A model generated the notes under the pieces. The model searched no databases. It saw nothing but the letters and a program-made list of their open reading frames with translations, and was not told where the DNA came from. Shown here in pieces: positions 1 through 9,552 of a stretch of DNA of 13,435 nt; the stretch's first letter is position 1; each line of letters begins with the position of its first letter. The translations under genes and the position numbers were made by a program. The stretch comes from an uncultured Gemmatimonadales bacterium (GTDB lineage: Bacteria > Gemmatimonadota > Gemmatimonadetes > Gemmatimonadales > GWC2-71-9), in assembly GCA_963844035.1 (NCBI GenBank), contig CAWJMT010000007.1, positions 1-13,435 of the forward strand, in the 5' to 3' direction.

Positions 1-1122
1 CGCCGCGGCGTGCGGCGGTGACAAAGGCAAGGCGGCGCCCAGCGTCGTCGATGTCGTGGTCGCGCCGGTACAGGTCCGTGACGTGCCGATCATCCAGGAG
101 TGGGCGGCCCAGACGTTGGGCGCCACCGACGTGGAGATCCGCGCCCGCGTGCGCGGGTTCCTCACGGAGCGGGCATATCAGGAGGGCACGCTGGTGAAGC
201 GCGGCGCGCTCCTCTTAGGAGTTCGATCCACAGGAGTACCAGGCCACGATCTCCCAGGCGCGCGCCGCGCTCGCCGAGGCTGAGGCGGGGCTCTCCAAGG
301 CCAACACCGACGTCGGCCGGCTGCGGCCGCTCGTCGAGCGCAACGCCGTCAGCCGGCAGGACCTCGATCATGCCGTCGCGTCGCAGCAGGCTGCCGAGGG
401 GCAGGTGAACGCGGCGCGCGCCAACCTGCGCACCGCCGAGCTCAACCTCAGCTACACGCGCGTCACGAGCCCCATTATGGGTCTGGCCGGCGTGGCGCAG
501 GCGCAGGTCGGCGCGCTCGTCGGCAGCCCCGAACCGACGTTGCTGACTGTTGTGTCGCAGGTGGACACGATCAAGGTCAAATTCCGGATCTCCGAGCAGG
601 AGTACCTGCTCCTCGCGCGGGCGATCGGCGACACGGGCCGGAAAACGAACCGCGGCGAGCGACAGCTCGAGCTGGTCCTGTCGGACGGCTCGATCTTTGA
701 CCACAAGGGTCGGGTGGTCACCGTCGATCGCAATATCGATCCGGCGACCGGGACGCTCGGCATCGAAGCGCTGTTCCCCAATCCCACGCGGGCTGCTGCG
801 CCCCGGTCAGTTCGGCCGGGTGCGGGCGCCGGTCACGACGCGGATGGGCGCCACGATCGTGCCGCAGCGCGCCGTGCGCGAGATGCAGGGCACGTTCAGC
901 GTCGGCGTCCTCAAGCCCGACAGCACGGTCGAGATTCGGCCGGTCAAGGCCGGGGCACGGGTCGGGAGCGACTGGGTGATCGACACGGGACTCGTGGCGG
1001 GCGACGTGATCGTGATCGAGGGAATGCAGAAGGTGCGGCCCGGTGCCAAGGTGAAGGCGACACCCGCGCCTGCCGCCCCGGCTGCCGCAGCGGCGACGTC
1101 CGACACCTCAAAACCGCACTGA
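1..1122 (+). CDS. RND efflux periplasmic adaptor / membrane fusion lipoprotein (AcrA/MexA-like), 5'-partial, two apparent frameshifts (~215-218, ~786-790)
   Basis: Reading from base 2 gives lipobox-like AAAC-GGDK, then VEIRARVRGFL...YQEGTLVKRG. After a +1 shift it continues EFDPQEYQA, the alpha-hairpin, LNLSYTRVTSPIMG, G-ALV and IDPATGT. After a second +1 shift it reads LLRPGQF, IVPQRAV, GLVAGDVIVIEGMQKVRPG and stops at TGA 1120-1122. It lies directly upstream of an RND permease. Confidence 0.95.
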
Positions 1123-1125
1123 TCC

Positions 1126-4100
1126 GTGGCTGATTTCTTCATCCGACGGCCCGACGGTCGCGATCGTCATCTCGATCGTGATCGTGCTGCTCGGCCTGGC
1201 CACGTTGCAAAAGCTCCCCATCGAGCAGTACCCCAGCCTCGCGCCGCCCGACCATCCGCGCGGAGACGACCTATCCCGGCGCCTCGGCCGAGGTCGTGGA
1301 GCAGTCGGTGGCGACGCCGATCGAGCAGCAGGTCAACGGCGTCGACAACATGATCTACATGAAGTCGCTCAACACGAGCGACGGCCGCATGCTGCTCGAC
1401 GTGTCGTTCCAGGTCGAGATGGACCGCGACATGGCCAACGTGCTGACCCAGAACCGGGTCTCGCAGGCCCAGTCGCGGCTGCCGCAGGAGGTGACCCAGC
1501 AGGGCGTGACGGTCAAGAAGATCAACCCCAGCATCCTGAACGTCATCTCGCTCTACTCCCCCAACGGGACCTACGACGCGCAGTTCCTGAACAACTACGC
1601 GATGATCAACGTCCGGGACGCGATCCTCCGCGTTCAGGGGGTGGCGCAGGTCGATCTGTACGGTGGCGCCGAGTACGCCATGCGCATCTGGCTCCGGCCC
1701 GACCGGCTGGCGACGCTCGGGATCACCGCGGCGGACGTGATCTCGGCGATCAAGGAGCAGAACCTCCAGGCGCCCGCCGGGAAGGTCGGGGACGAGCCGG
1801 CCCCGCCCGGACAGGAGTTCACCTATACGGTGCGCGCGCCGGGCCGTCTGGTGACCCCGGAGGAATTCGACAACATCATCGTGCGTCAGACGCCGAGCGG
1901 CGGGATCACGCGGATCAAAGACGTCGGGCGCACCGATCTGGGAAGCGAGAACTACCGCTCGTTCGGAAGACTCGACGGAAAGCCAGCCGGCGTGCTGGCG
2001 GTGTACCTCCTCCCCGGGGCCAATCAGATCAAGTCCGCCGAGGGCATCTACCACACGCTCGACGAGCTGAAGACGTTCTTCCCGGCGGACATGGACTACA
2101 AGATCACCTACGACACCACGCCCGCGGTCGAGGCCTCGATCGAATCGATCCTCCATACCCTGATCGAGGCGTTCATCCTGGTGACCCTGGTGGTCTTCAT
2201 CTTCCTCCAGAGCCTGCGCGCCACGCTGATCCCGCTGCTGACGGTTCCGGTGTCGCTGATCGGCACGTTCATCTTCTTCCCGCTGCTCGGCTTCTCGCTC
2301 AACACGCTCACCATGTTCGGGCTGGTGCTCGCCATCGGGATCGTGGTGGACGATGCCATCGTCGTGGTCGAAGCCGTCATCCACCACATCCAGCACGGCA
2401 AGAACCCCCACGACGCGACGGTCCAGGCCATGAAAGAGGTGTCCGGGCCGGTCGTCGCCATCGCGCTGATCCTGTCGGCGGTGTTCGTGCCGGTGGCCCT
2501 GCTGGGCGGACTCACCGGACGCATCTACCAGCAGTTCGCGCTCACGATCGCCATTTCGGTTCTCCTCTCCGCATTCAGCGCGCTGTCGCTCTCGCCGGCG
2601 CTCGCGGCCATGATTCTCAAGGCGGAGAGCGGGCCGCCCAAGGGACCGCTCGGGGCGTTCTTCCGCTGGTTCAACAAGCTGTTCGACCGCACCACGACCG
2701 GGTACGTGAAATGGACCCGGGTGTTCGTGCGCCGCACCGTGCTCGCCTTGCTCGTGGTGGCCGGGTCGGGCGTGCTGTCGGGAGTGTTCGCGAAGATTCT
2801 GCCCGGCGGCTTCGTGCCCGACGAGGACCAGGGCATTTTCATGATCAACGTCCAGCTGCCGCTGGGCTCGTCTCTGCAACGCACCGACAAAGTGCTCCGG
2901 CAGATCGAAGAAATCCTGGCGAAGACCGAGGGGGTGGATGCCTGCAATGCCATCGGCGGGCTGGGCATGCTCACCAACAGCTTCAGCCCGGAGTTCGGCT
3001 CATTCTTCTGCCGGCTGAAGCCGTGGGATGAACGCAAGGGCGCTGCGCTGCACGTGAAGGGCATTCAGCGCACCGTGGGCGCGGCCCTGGCGCAGCTGCC
3101 GACCGCGGTTGCGTTCCCCTTCATGCCGCCCACGATCTCCGGGTTCGGCGCCGCGGGCGGCTTCAACTTCCTGTTGCAGGACCGCAGCGGGACCATGACC
3201 GTCGAGGACCTGGGCCGCCAGTCCCAGGCGTTTCTCGCCGACGCGCGCCAGCGGCCTGAGCTGGCGAACCTGTTCACGTCGTTCAATCCCACGACGCCGC
3301 AGACCTCGGTGATGCTCGATCGCGAAAAAGCGCGGCCAGCTCGGTGTGCCGATCAACGAGGTGTTCCAGGGGCTGTCGGCCTTCATGGGTGGCGACCTAC
3401 GTCAACGACTTCAACCGGTTCGGCCGCCTGTACAGAGTGTACGTCCAGGCGGAGCCGGCGTTCCGGGCGCGGCCCGAAAACATCGGCCAGCTCTACGTGC
3501 GCAGCAAGACCACGAACGACATGATCCCGCTGTCCACGATGCTCCACGTCACGCCGTCATCGGGGACCGAGATTACGACTCGATTCAACCTGTTCCGTTC
3601 GGTCGAGATCACCGGCGTGCCGGCGGCGGGCTACAGCTCCCAGCAGGCCATGATGGCACTTGAGGCCGCTGCGCACGCAGCGCTGCCGCCCGAGATGGGC
3701 TTCGCCTATTCCGGGATGTCGTACCAGGAAAAGGTGGCGCCGCCCGCCGCGCCCACCTTCGTCCTCGCCATCGTGTTCGTGTTCCTGCTGCTCGCGGCCC
3801 AGTACGAGAGCTGGCGGCTGCCCTGGGCGGTGCTGCTGGAGACGCCGCTCGTCGCCCTGGGGGCATTCTTCGGCGCCTGGGCCCTGCGCTACGACAACAA
3901 CGTCTACGTGCAGGTCGGCCTGATCATGCTGATCGGGCTGGCGGCCAAGAACGCGATCCTGATCGTCGAGTTCGCGAAGGCGAAGCACGAGGAGGGAAAG
4001 AGCGTCGAGGACGCCGCCCTCGAAGCGGCGAAGGTGCGGTTCCGCCCCATCCTCATGACCGCGTTCGCGTTCATCCTCGGCGTGCGTTCCGCTGATGCGG

Positions 4101-4295
4101 GCAAGCGGATCCGGCGCCGCGTCCCAGAACGTGATGGGCACGGCGGTCGTGTTCGGCATGATCGTCGCGACCGTCGTGGGCATCTTTATCATCCCCGGCC
4201 TGTTCGCGTGGACCCAGAGCTGGAGATTCGGTAAGGCAAAGGCGGCGCCGCCAGCGGCGCCGGCCGTCCCCGCGAAGGCGGCGGCGGGCCACTGA
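1126..4295 (+). CDS. RND efflux permease, HAE1 family (AcrB/MexB-like), about 1054 aa after repairing five apparent frameshifts (~1151, ~1249, ~3335, ~3394, ~4085)
   Basis: Starts at GTG with MADFFIRRP. Motifs include [62 protein letters not shown] (paired Asp of the proton relay), [44 protein letters not shown] (Lys) and RFRPILMT (Arg/Thr). The stop TGA at 4293-4295 overlaps the next ATG. Confidence 0.96.
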
Positions 4296-5723
4296 TGGCC
4301 ATCTGGCGTCGCGTTGGGCCCGCCGTGCTCGCGGCAGTCGCCGCGGCCTGCGCCATGGGCCCGAACCACACGGTGCCACCCACCGCGGTGCCCGTGCACT
4401 GGCGGGACACGACCATCTCGCTGCAGGACTCCTCCTACGCCAACCTCACCTGGTGGCAGGTGCTGGGCGACTCCACCCTCCAGGAGCTGGTCCGGATCGC
4501 GCTGCGCGAGAACCGCGACCTGCGCGTCGCGCTGGCGCGCGTGAATGAGGCGCGCGCCCAGCTCGGCATCCGGCGGCTCGAGCTGCTGCCGCAGATCGAC
4601 GCCAGCGGGACGGGGGGCAAGATTTCGGTGAACGACAGTCTGTTGGGCCTGCGCCAGGGCACCTACCAATTCTGGTCGGTCGCCGGCAGCGTCTCGTGGG
4701 AGATCGACCTGTTTGGGCGTCTGCGGCGGCTCAACGAATCCGCCAAGGCGAGCCTGCTCGCCACCGAATACGGCCGCCGCGGGGTCATCGTCACCGTGGT
4801 GGGCGACGTGGCCCGCACCTATCTCGAGTTGCGCGATCTGGATCAGCAGCTCGGCGATCGCCCTGTCGACCGTCGAGACCCGGCGGAAGTCGCTGGAACT
4901 GGCGCGCGCGCGCTTCGAGGGCGGCCTTGCATCGGAGCTCGACCTGCGGCAGGGCGAGGCGGAGCTGGCGCGGACCGAGGGCAGCGTGGCGAGCATTCGC
5001 ATGCAGGGGAGTCAGAAGGAGCAAGAGCTGAACGTGCTGCTCGGGCGCATGCCCGGGACGGTGCCGCGCGGCGGCACGCTCATGCAACAGACCTTCCCGG
5101 CCAAGGTCCCGGCGGGCCTGCCGTCCACCCTGCTGCTGCGGCGCCCCGACATCAGTCAGGCTGAGCAGGAGCTCAAGTCGGCCAACGCCTTGATCGGCGC
5201 GGCAATCGCGGCGCGGTTCCCCACGATCTCGCTCACCGGCGTGGGTGGCACCCGGAGTGACGCCGTGGATCTGTTGTTCAAGAGCGGCACCGGCTTTTGG
5301 CACCTCGCGGGAAACATGCTCCTGCCCATTCTCAACGCTCGCCGCAGCGGGAAGCAGGTCGCCGTGGAGCGCGCGCGGACTGAGGCGGCCGTGGCGCATT
5401 ACGATCAAGTCGTGCTCGAGGCGTTCCGAGAGGTCGAAGATGGGCTAGTCGCGCTGCAGCAGCTCCAAATACAAACTGATGCGGCCGGGCGCCAGGTAGC
5501 CGCCGCCCGGCGCGCGGTCGAGATCGCGGCCGACCGCTACCAGGGGGGCGTGGACAGCTACACGACCCTGCTCGATGCCCAGCGCGTGCTGGCCGATGCC
5601 GAGCTGGGCGAGTCGGCCCTGCAACGCCAGGAGCGCGTGGCGGTGGTCCAGCTGTACCGGGCACTCGGCGGAGGGTGGGACCCGCAGACCGACGTGATGA
5701 CGGTGCCCGCGCCGAAAAAGTAG
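4295..5723 (+). CDS. Efflux outer-membrane factor lipoprotein (OprM/NodT family), about 475 aa, one apparent frameshift (~4853)
   Basis: TGATG coupling to the permease. Lipoprotein signal [19 protein letters not shown], then WWQVLGDSTLQELV, NRDLRVA, SWEIDLFGRLR, PAGLPSTLLLRRPDI, FPTISLTG, AFREVED and C-terminal LYRALGGGW. Confidence 0.95.
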
Positions 5724-5743
5724 CGAACCGGAGGTTGGAACCT

Positions 5744-6503
5744 ATGAGCGCAAGAATCTTGCGACGCAGCGCCGCCGCGTTGTTCCTCGTGACCGGAGTC
5801 GCCGCCGCTGGGGCGCCCAAAACCCAAGTCCAGGTCACCTGGCTCGGTCACGCGTGCTTCCTCGTCGTCTCTCCCGGCGGCACCCAGCTTCTCATCGATC
5901 CCTGGATCAAGGGCAATCCCGCCACTCCGGACTCGCTGCAGGACCTGAGTCGCTACAAGCCGAACGCCATCCTCGTCAGTCATTCCCATTTCGACCATTC
6001 CAAGGACGCGAAAGAGATCGCGCTCGCGAGTGGTGCGTCGGTGGTGGGGACCTATGACTGGGTCGGGGCTCAAGGTCTCCCCGAAAAGCAGGTGCTGGGC
6101 GGCAACGTCGGGCGGAACGGTGAAGGTTGGGGACGTCGTGATCCACCTGGTGCCGGCGGTGCACGGCAGCGCGCCGGACGGACGGCCCATGGGCTTTGTG
6201 CTCGAGTTTGCCGGCGGCCGGACGCTGTACCACACCGGTGACACGTGGATCTTCGGGGATATGGCCCTGATCCAGGAGCTCTATCACCCGAACATCGTGC
6301 TATTGAACGTGGGGGGCGGGCCCTACACCGAAGACCCACCGACGGCGGCACTCGCGATCAAGAAGTACTTCACACCCGAGGTGATCGTCCCGATGCACTA
6401 CGGCACGTTCGGCGCGCTCGCGCAGGAAGCCGCGGTGCGGGCCGCATTTCCCGGCGACGCGCGTCTTCGCGTGCTCAAGATCGGCGAGCGGACGGCCCTG
6501 TAG
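5744..6503 (+). CDS. Metallo-beta-lactamase-fold metal-dependent hydrolase (UPF0173/UlaG-like) with probable N-terminal signal peptide, about 252 aa, one apparent frameshift (~6111)
   Basis: GGAGG at 5730-5734 precedes ATG 5744. Motifs are [21 protein letters not shown] (HxHxDH), AVH, YHTGDT and PMHYGTF. Stop TAG is at 6501-6503. Confidence 0.9.
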
Positions 6504-7552
6504 CACCCGTGGCGTCGGACAGCGCCCAGGAAGGTGCGGGTTCTCCTCCTCCTCCTTCCAGGGCGCCCCGTCCGGCGTCTCCAGCACGAATCCCATGTCG
6601 CGGATCATCGCGAAGTCCGCCCCCGGAGCTTGTCCCGGGGTCGTGAGGTAGTCGCCGACGAACATGGAGTTCGCAGCATAGAGGCCGAGCGGCTGGAGCG
6701 AACGCAGGTGTACCTCGCGCCCGCCCGCGATGCGGATCTCCTGGGACGGCAGCAGGAAACGAAACAGACACAGCACGCGCAGGCAACGCCGCGGGTCGAG
6801 CTGCTGCGTCGCCTCGAGCGGTGTTCCGGGAATCGGGATGAGGAAATTCACCGGCACGCTGCGCACGTTCATCTCCCGCAGCGTCAGCGCCAGGTCGATG
6901 ACGTCGTCGTCCGATTCGCCCATCCCCACGATCCCGCCCGAGCAGGTCTTGATGCTGGCCGCCTGCACGTTGCGCACGGTCGCCACCCGGTCGGCGAAGC
7001 GTGTGAGTGCTGCAGATCGCGTCGTAGTGCCGCTCCGAGGTATTGAGGTTGTGATTCACGGTCTCGACGCCGGCCTCGGCGAGGCGTCGCGTGTGATCTT
7101 CGCTCAACAGACCCAGGCAGACGCAGATCTTGAGACTGTGACGCTGCCCGCACTTCCCGCACCGCGTCGAGCACCTTCTCGAACACCCGCTCACCCGGCG
7201 CGCGACCCGAGATCACCAGGCAGAACGTCCCCGCCTTGAGCTCCGCCGCCCGGCCCGCGGCCGCGAGGATCCGCTCCTGCGCGAGCATCGGATACTGCTC
7301 GATGTCCGCGGTCGACACCTTCGATTGCGAGCAGTAATTGCAGTCCTCCGGGCACAGCCCGCTCTGTGCGTTCAGGAGAAAGTGCAGCCGCACGCGGTTT
7401 CCCCAGTGGTGGCGGCGCACCCGGTACGCGGCCGCGAGCTGATCGAGCAGCTCCGTGTCGGGAGCGGTGAGCACCGCGCGCGCGGTGTCGCGATCGAGCA
7501 CGCGGCCGGCCAGGCTGGCATCGGCGAGCGCATTCCAACTAGTCACCGTCAT
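6300..7552 (-). CDS. bioB: Biotin synthase (radical SAM), two apparent frameshifts (~7144, ~7000); true 3' end uncertain (recognisable homology ends near 6580)
   Basis: ATG 7552 overlaps the repaired bioD stop. Contains [11 protein letters not shown] (CxxxCxxC), [45 protein letters not shown] and [13 protein letters not shown]. As sequenced, the final frame stops only at 6300, inside the convergent hydrolase gene. Confidence 0.93.
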
Positions 7553-8278
7553 GTGGTCCGTTCCGTTGTGTGGAAGTGTGCGGTGGCGGGCACCGCGCCG
7601 TCGACCAGGGCCCCGAGTCCGAGGCGCGCAGCGTGCGCGCCGAGCGCCTCGCCCGTGACATCCGGGAGCCACGGCCATGTGAGGACGGGCGTCCCCGGGA
7701 GGAGCTGGGCCAGTGCCGCAGCGTTCGGTCGTTGCCGCCAGGTCCGGCGCAGCGCTGCTCAACGTATTCACGACCACCCCCGCGATCCGCAGTTGGGCCG
7801 CACGCGCGGCATCCACGGTGAGCAGCACGTGATTGATCGCGCCGAGCCGGTTCGCCGCGACGATCACGACCCCGAGCCGCCAGCGTGCGAACAGCTCCGC
7901 GAATGATACCTGCTGCGTCAGCGGCACGCGCAGCCCGCCGGCGCCTTCGACAATGATCGCGTCGCGCCCGGCCGCAAGGCGCGCGAAGGCGGCCTCGATG
8001 ACGCTCGGGTCCACTGGGCGCCCCGCCCGCGCGGCCGCCACCAGCGGCGCCAGCGGCTCGGCGTAGCTGACGGGGCACACGTCGGCCGGCTGGTCTTCTC
8101 CTCCCGCTGCGGCGCGGAGCAGCGCCGCGTCGCTTGCCGCGCCCGGTACGACGCCGGTCTCGACCGGTTTCATCGCGGCGACACGCAGGCCGCGCGCCCG
8201 GAGCAGCGCCACGAGGGCGCTCGCGATCACCGTCTTTCCCACGCCCGTGTCCGTGCCTGTCACGCCCAGGCGGATCAT
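7549..8278 (-). CDS. bioD: Dethiobiotin synthetase, about 242 aa, one apparent frameshift (~7726)
   Basis: Contains [11 protein letters not shown] (P-loop), KPVETG, VEGAGG and LGAINH. Removing one base near 7726 gives ...[23 protein letters not shown]...TERTT-TGA, ending at 7549 in an ATGA overlap with bioB. The start ATG overlaps the bioA stop (ATGA). Confidence 0.94.
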
Positions 8279-9552
8279 TGGCGCTCCAGAAATTGCGCGA
8301 TCACGTCGTACGCGTGTTCGAGGTCGTTCGCGGTCGCGCAGTAGGGCGGAAGCAGATACACCACGTTGCCGAGCGGCCGCAGCAACACCCCCGCGCGCAG
8401 GGCGTACGCCGCCAGCTCGGGACCGACCGGGCTGAGATAGCCCGGCTCCGCATCGAGATCGAATGCCGCCACGGTACCGAGCCCGCGGCACCGTCTAACC
8501 CGTGGATGGGAGGAGAGGCGCGCCAGACCGGTCGCATGCGCTCGCTCGACGCCCGCACGCGCGCGGGCCGACGTGTCGTCCAGCAGTGAGAGGCTGGCCA
8601 TGGCCGCCGCGCACGCCAAAGGATTCGCCGTGTAGGAGTGGCCATGGAAAAGGGTGCGCCGCCGGTCGGGGCTCGAGAACGCGGCGAAAATTTCCTCCCG
8701 TGCGACCGTGGCGCCCAGCGGGAGAAATCCCCCCGTGAGGCCTTTCGAGAGACAAACGATGTCCGGGACGACGTCGGCGCGGGCGCACGCGAATGTCGGA
8801 CCCGTGCGCCCGAAGCCCGTCAGCACCTCGTCGGCGATCAGCAGCACGCCGGCTGCTCGCGTGCGCTCGCGGATCGCACGCAGTATGCTCGCGTCCCATA
8901 CGCGCATCCCTCCCGCTCCGAGCAGCAGCGGCTCCACGATGACGGCCGCCAGCTCCCGGCCCCGCTCGGTGAGCAGACGGTCCAGCTCCGCGATCGTCGC
9001 GGACCCGCCCGCCTCGGCACTGGGGTCGGGGAGCCGGGCGACCTCGAACAGGTGCCCCGCGAACGGTTCTGTGAACACACCCCGCTCGCTCACCGCCATG
9101 GCGCCGAACGTGTCGCCGTGATAGGCGTGCTCGAGCGCCGCGATCAGCGGGCGCCGCTCGCCCGCGCCGGACCAATATTGCAGCGCCATCTTGAGCGCGA
9201 CCTCGACCGCGGTGGACCCGTCGTCCGAGAAGAACACTCGCGTCAGGCCGGGCGGCAGCAGAGCGGTGAGGGCGGCGGCGAGGCGAGCCGCAGGCTCGTG
9301 GGTGAAACCCGCGAACACCACCTGCTCGAGCGTGCCCGCCTGCCGGCCGATCGCCGCGGCAATCGCAGGATGCGCGTGCCCGTGCAGCGTCACCCACCAC
9401 GAGGAGATCGCGTCGAAAATGCGCCGTCCCTCGTCGTCATAGAGATACGCGCCCTCGGCGCGGGTGATCACGCGGGGCGGGGGTGCGTCGAAATGCTGGG
9501 TGTAGGGATGCCAGACGTGGCGCCGGTCGAGCTCCTGGACGGGCGTCGTCAT
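8275..9552 (-). CDS. bioA: Adenosylmethionine-8-amino-7-oxononanoate transaminase (DAPA synthase), 425 aa
   Basis: Uninterrupted ORF from ATG 9552. Contains [61 protein letters not shown] (PLP Lys), HGHSYTANP and LRPLG. ATGA overlaps at both ends. Confidence 0.97.
   Translation of the reverse strand: MTTPVQELDRRHVWHPYTQHFDAPPPRVITRAEGAYLYDDEGRRIFDAISSWWVTLHGHAHPAIAAAIGRQAGTLEQVVFAGFTHEPAARLAAALTALLPPGLTRVFFSDDGSTAVEVALKMALQYWSGAGERRPLIAALEHAYHGDTFGAMAVSERGVFTEPFAGHLFEVARLPDPSAEAGGSATIAELDRLLTERGRELAAVIVEPLLLGAGGMRVWDASILRAIRERTRAAGVLLIADEVLTGFGRTGPTFACARADVVPDIVCLSKGLTGGFLPLGATVAREEIFAAFSSPDRRRTLFHGHSYTANPLACAAAMASLSLLDDTSARARAGVERAHATGLARLSSHPRVRRCRGLGTVAAFDLDAEPGYLSPVGPELAAYALRAGVLLRPLGNVVYLLPPYCATANDLEHAYDVIAQFLERQ

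Noticed and set aside
1167..5002. Long antisense and alternate-frame ORFs over the RND genes (e.g. 1167-2879 -, 3557-5002 -, most of 1178-3031 +)
   Set aside because: These are shadow ORFs of high-GC coding sequence with no recognisable motifs. Only the first ~24 codons of 1178-3031 belong to the real permease.
5744..6503. Hydrolase as the missing BioH-like pimeloyl-ACP methyl ester esterase, or as a true metallo-beta-lactamase
   Set aside because: It is on the opposite strand from the bio operon and probably exported, and known BioH substitutes are alpha/beta hydrolases. Its motifs (WLGHA, GDT, PMHY) fit UPF0173/UlaG-like proteins, not class B beta-lactamases.
6543..6555. CTC trinucleotide run
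   Set aside because: It is short and encodes EEEE in the bioB tail, with no evidence of a contingency locus.
215..7726. Programmed ribosomal frameshifting or phase variation of the efflux and biotin genes
   Set aside because: I see no recurring slippery heptamer or long repeat tract at the sites, and five shifts in one gene is implausible as regulation. Sequencing error explains the pattern more simply.
6884..8491. Apparent BioD-BioB fusion protein (535-aa ORF in the track)
   Set aside because: Removing one base near 7726 restores a normal BioD C-terminus that ends in an ATGA overlap with the bioB start, like the other junctions in the operon. The linker in the fused frame looks like off-frame sequence.
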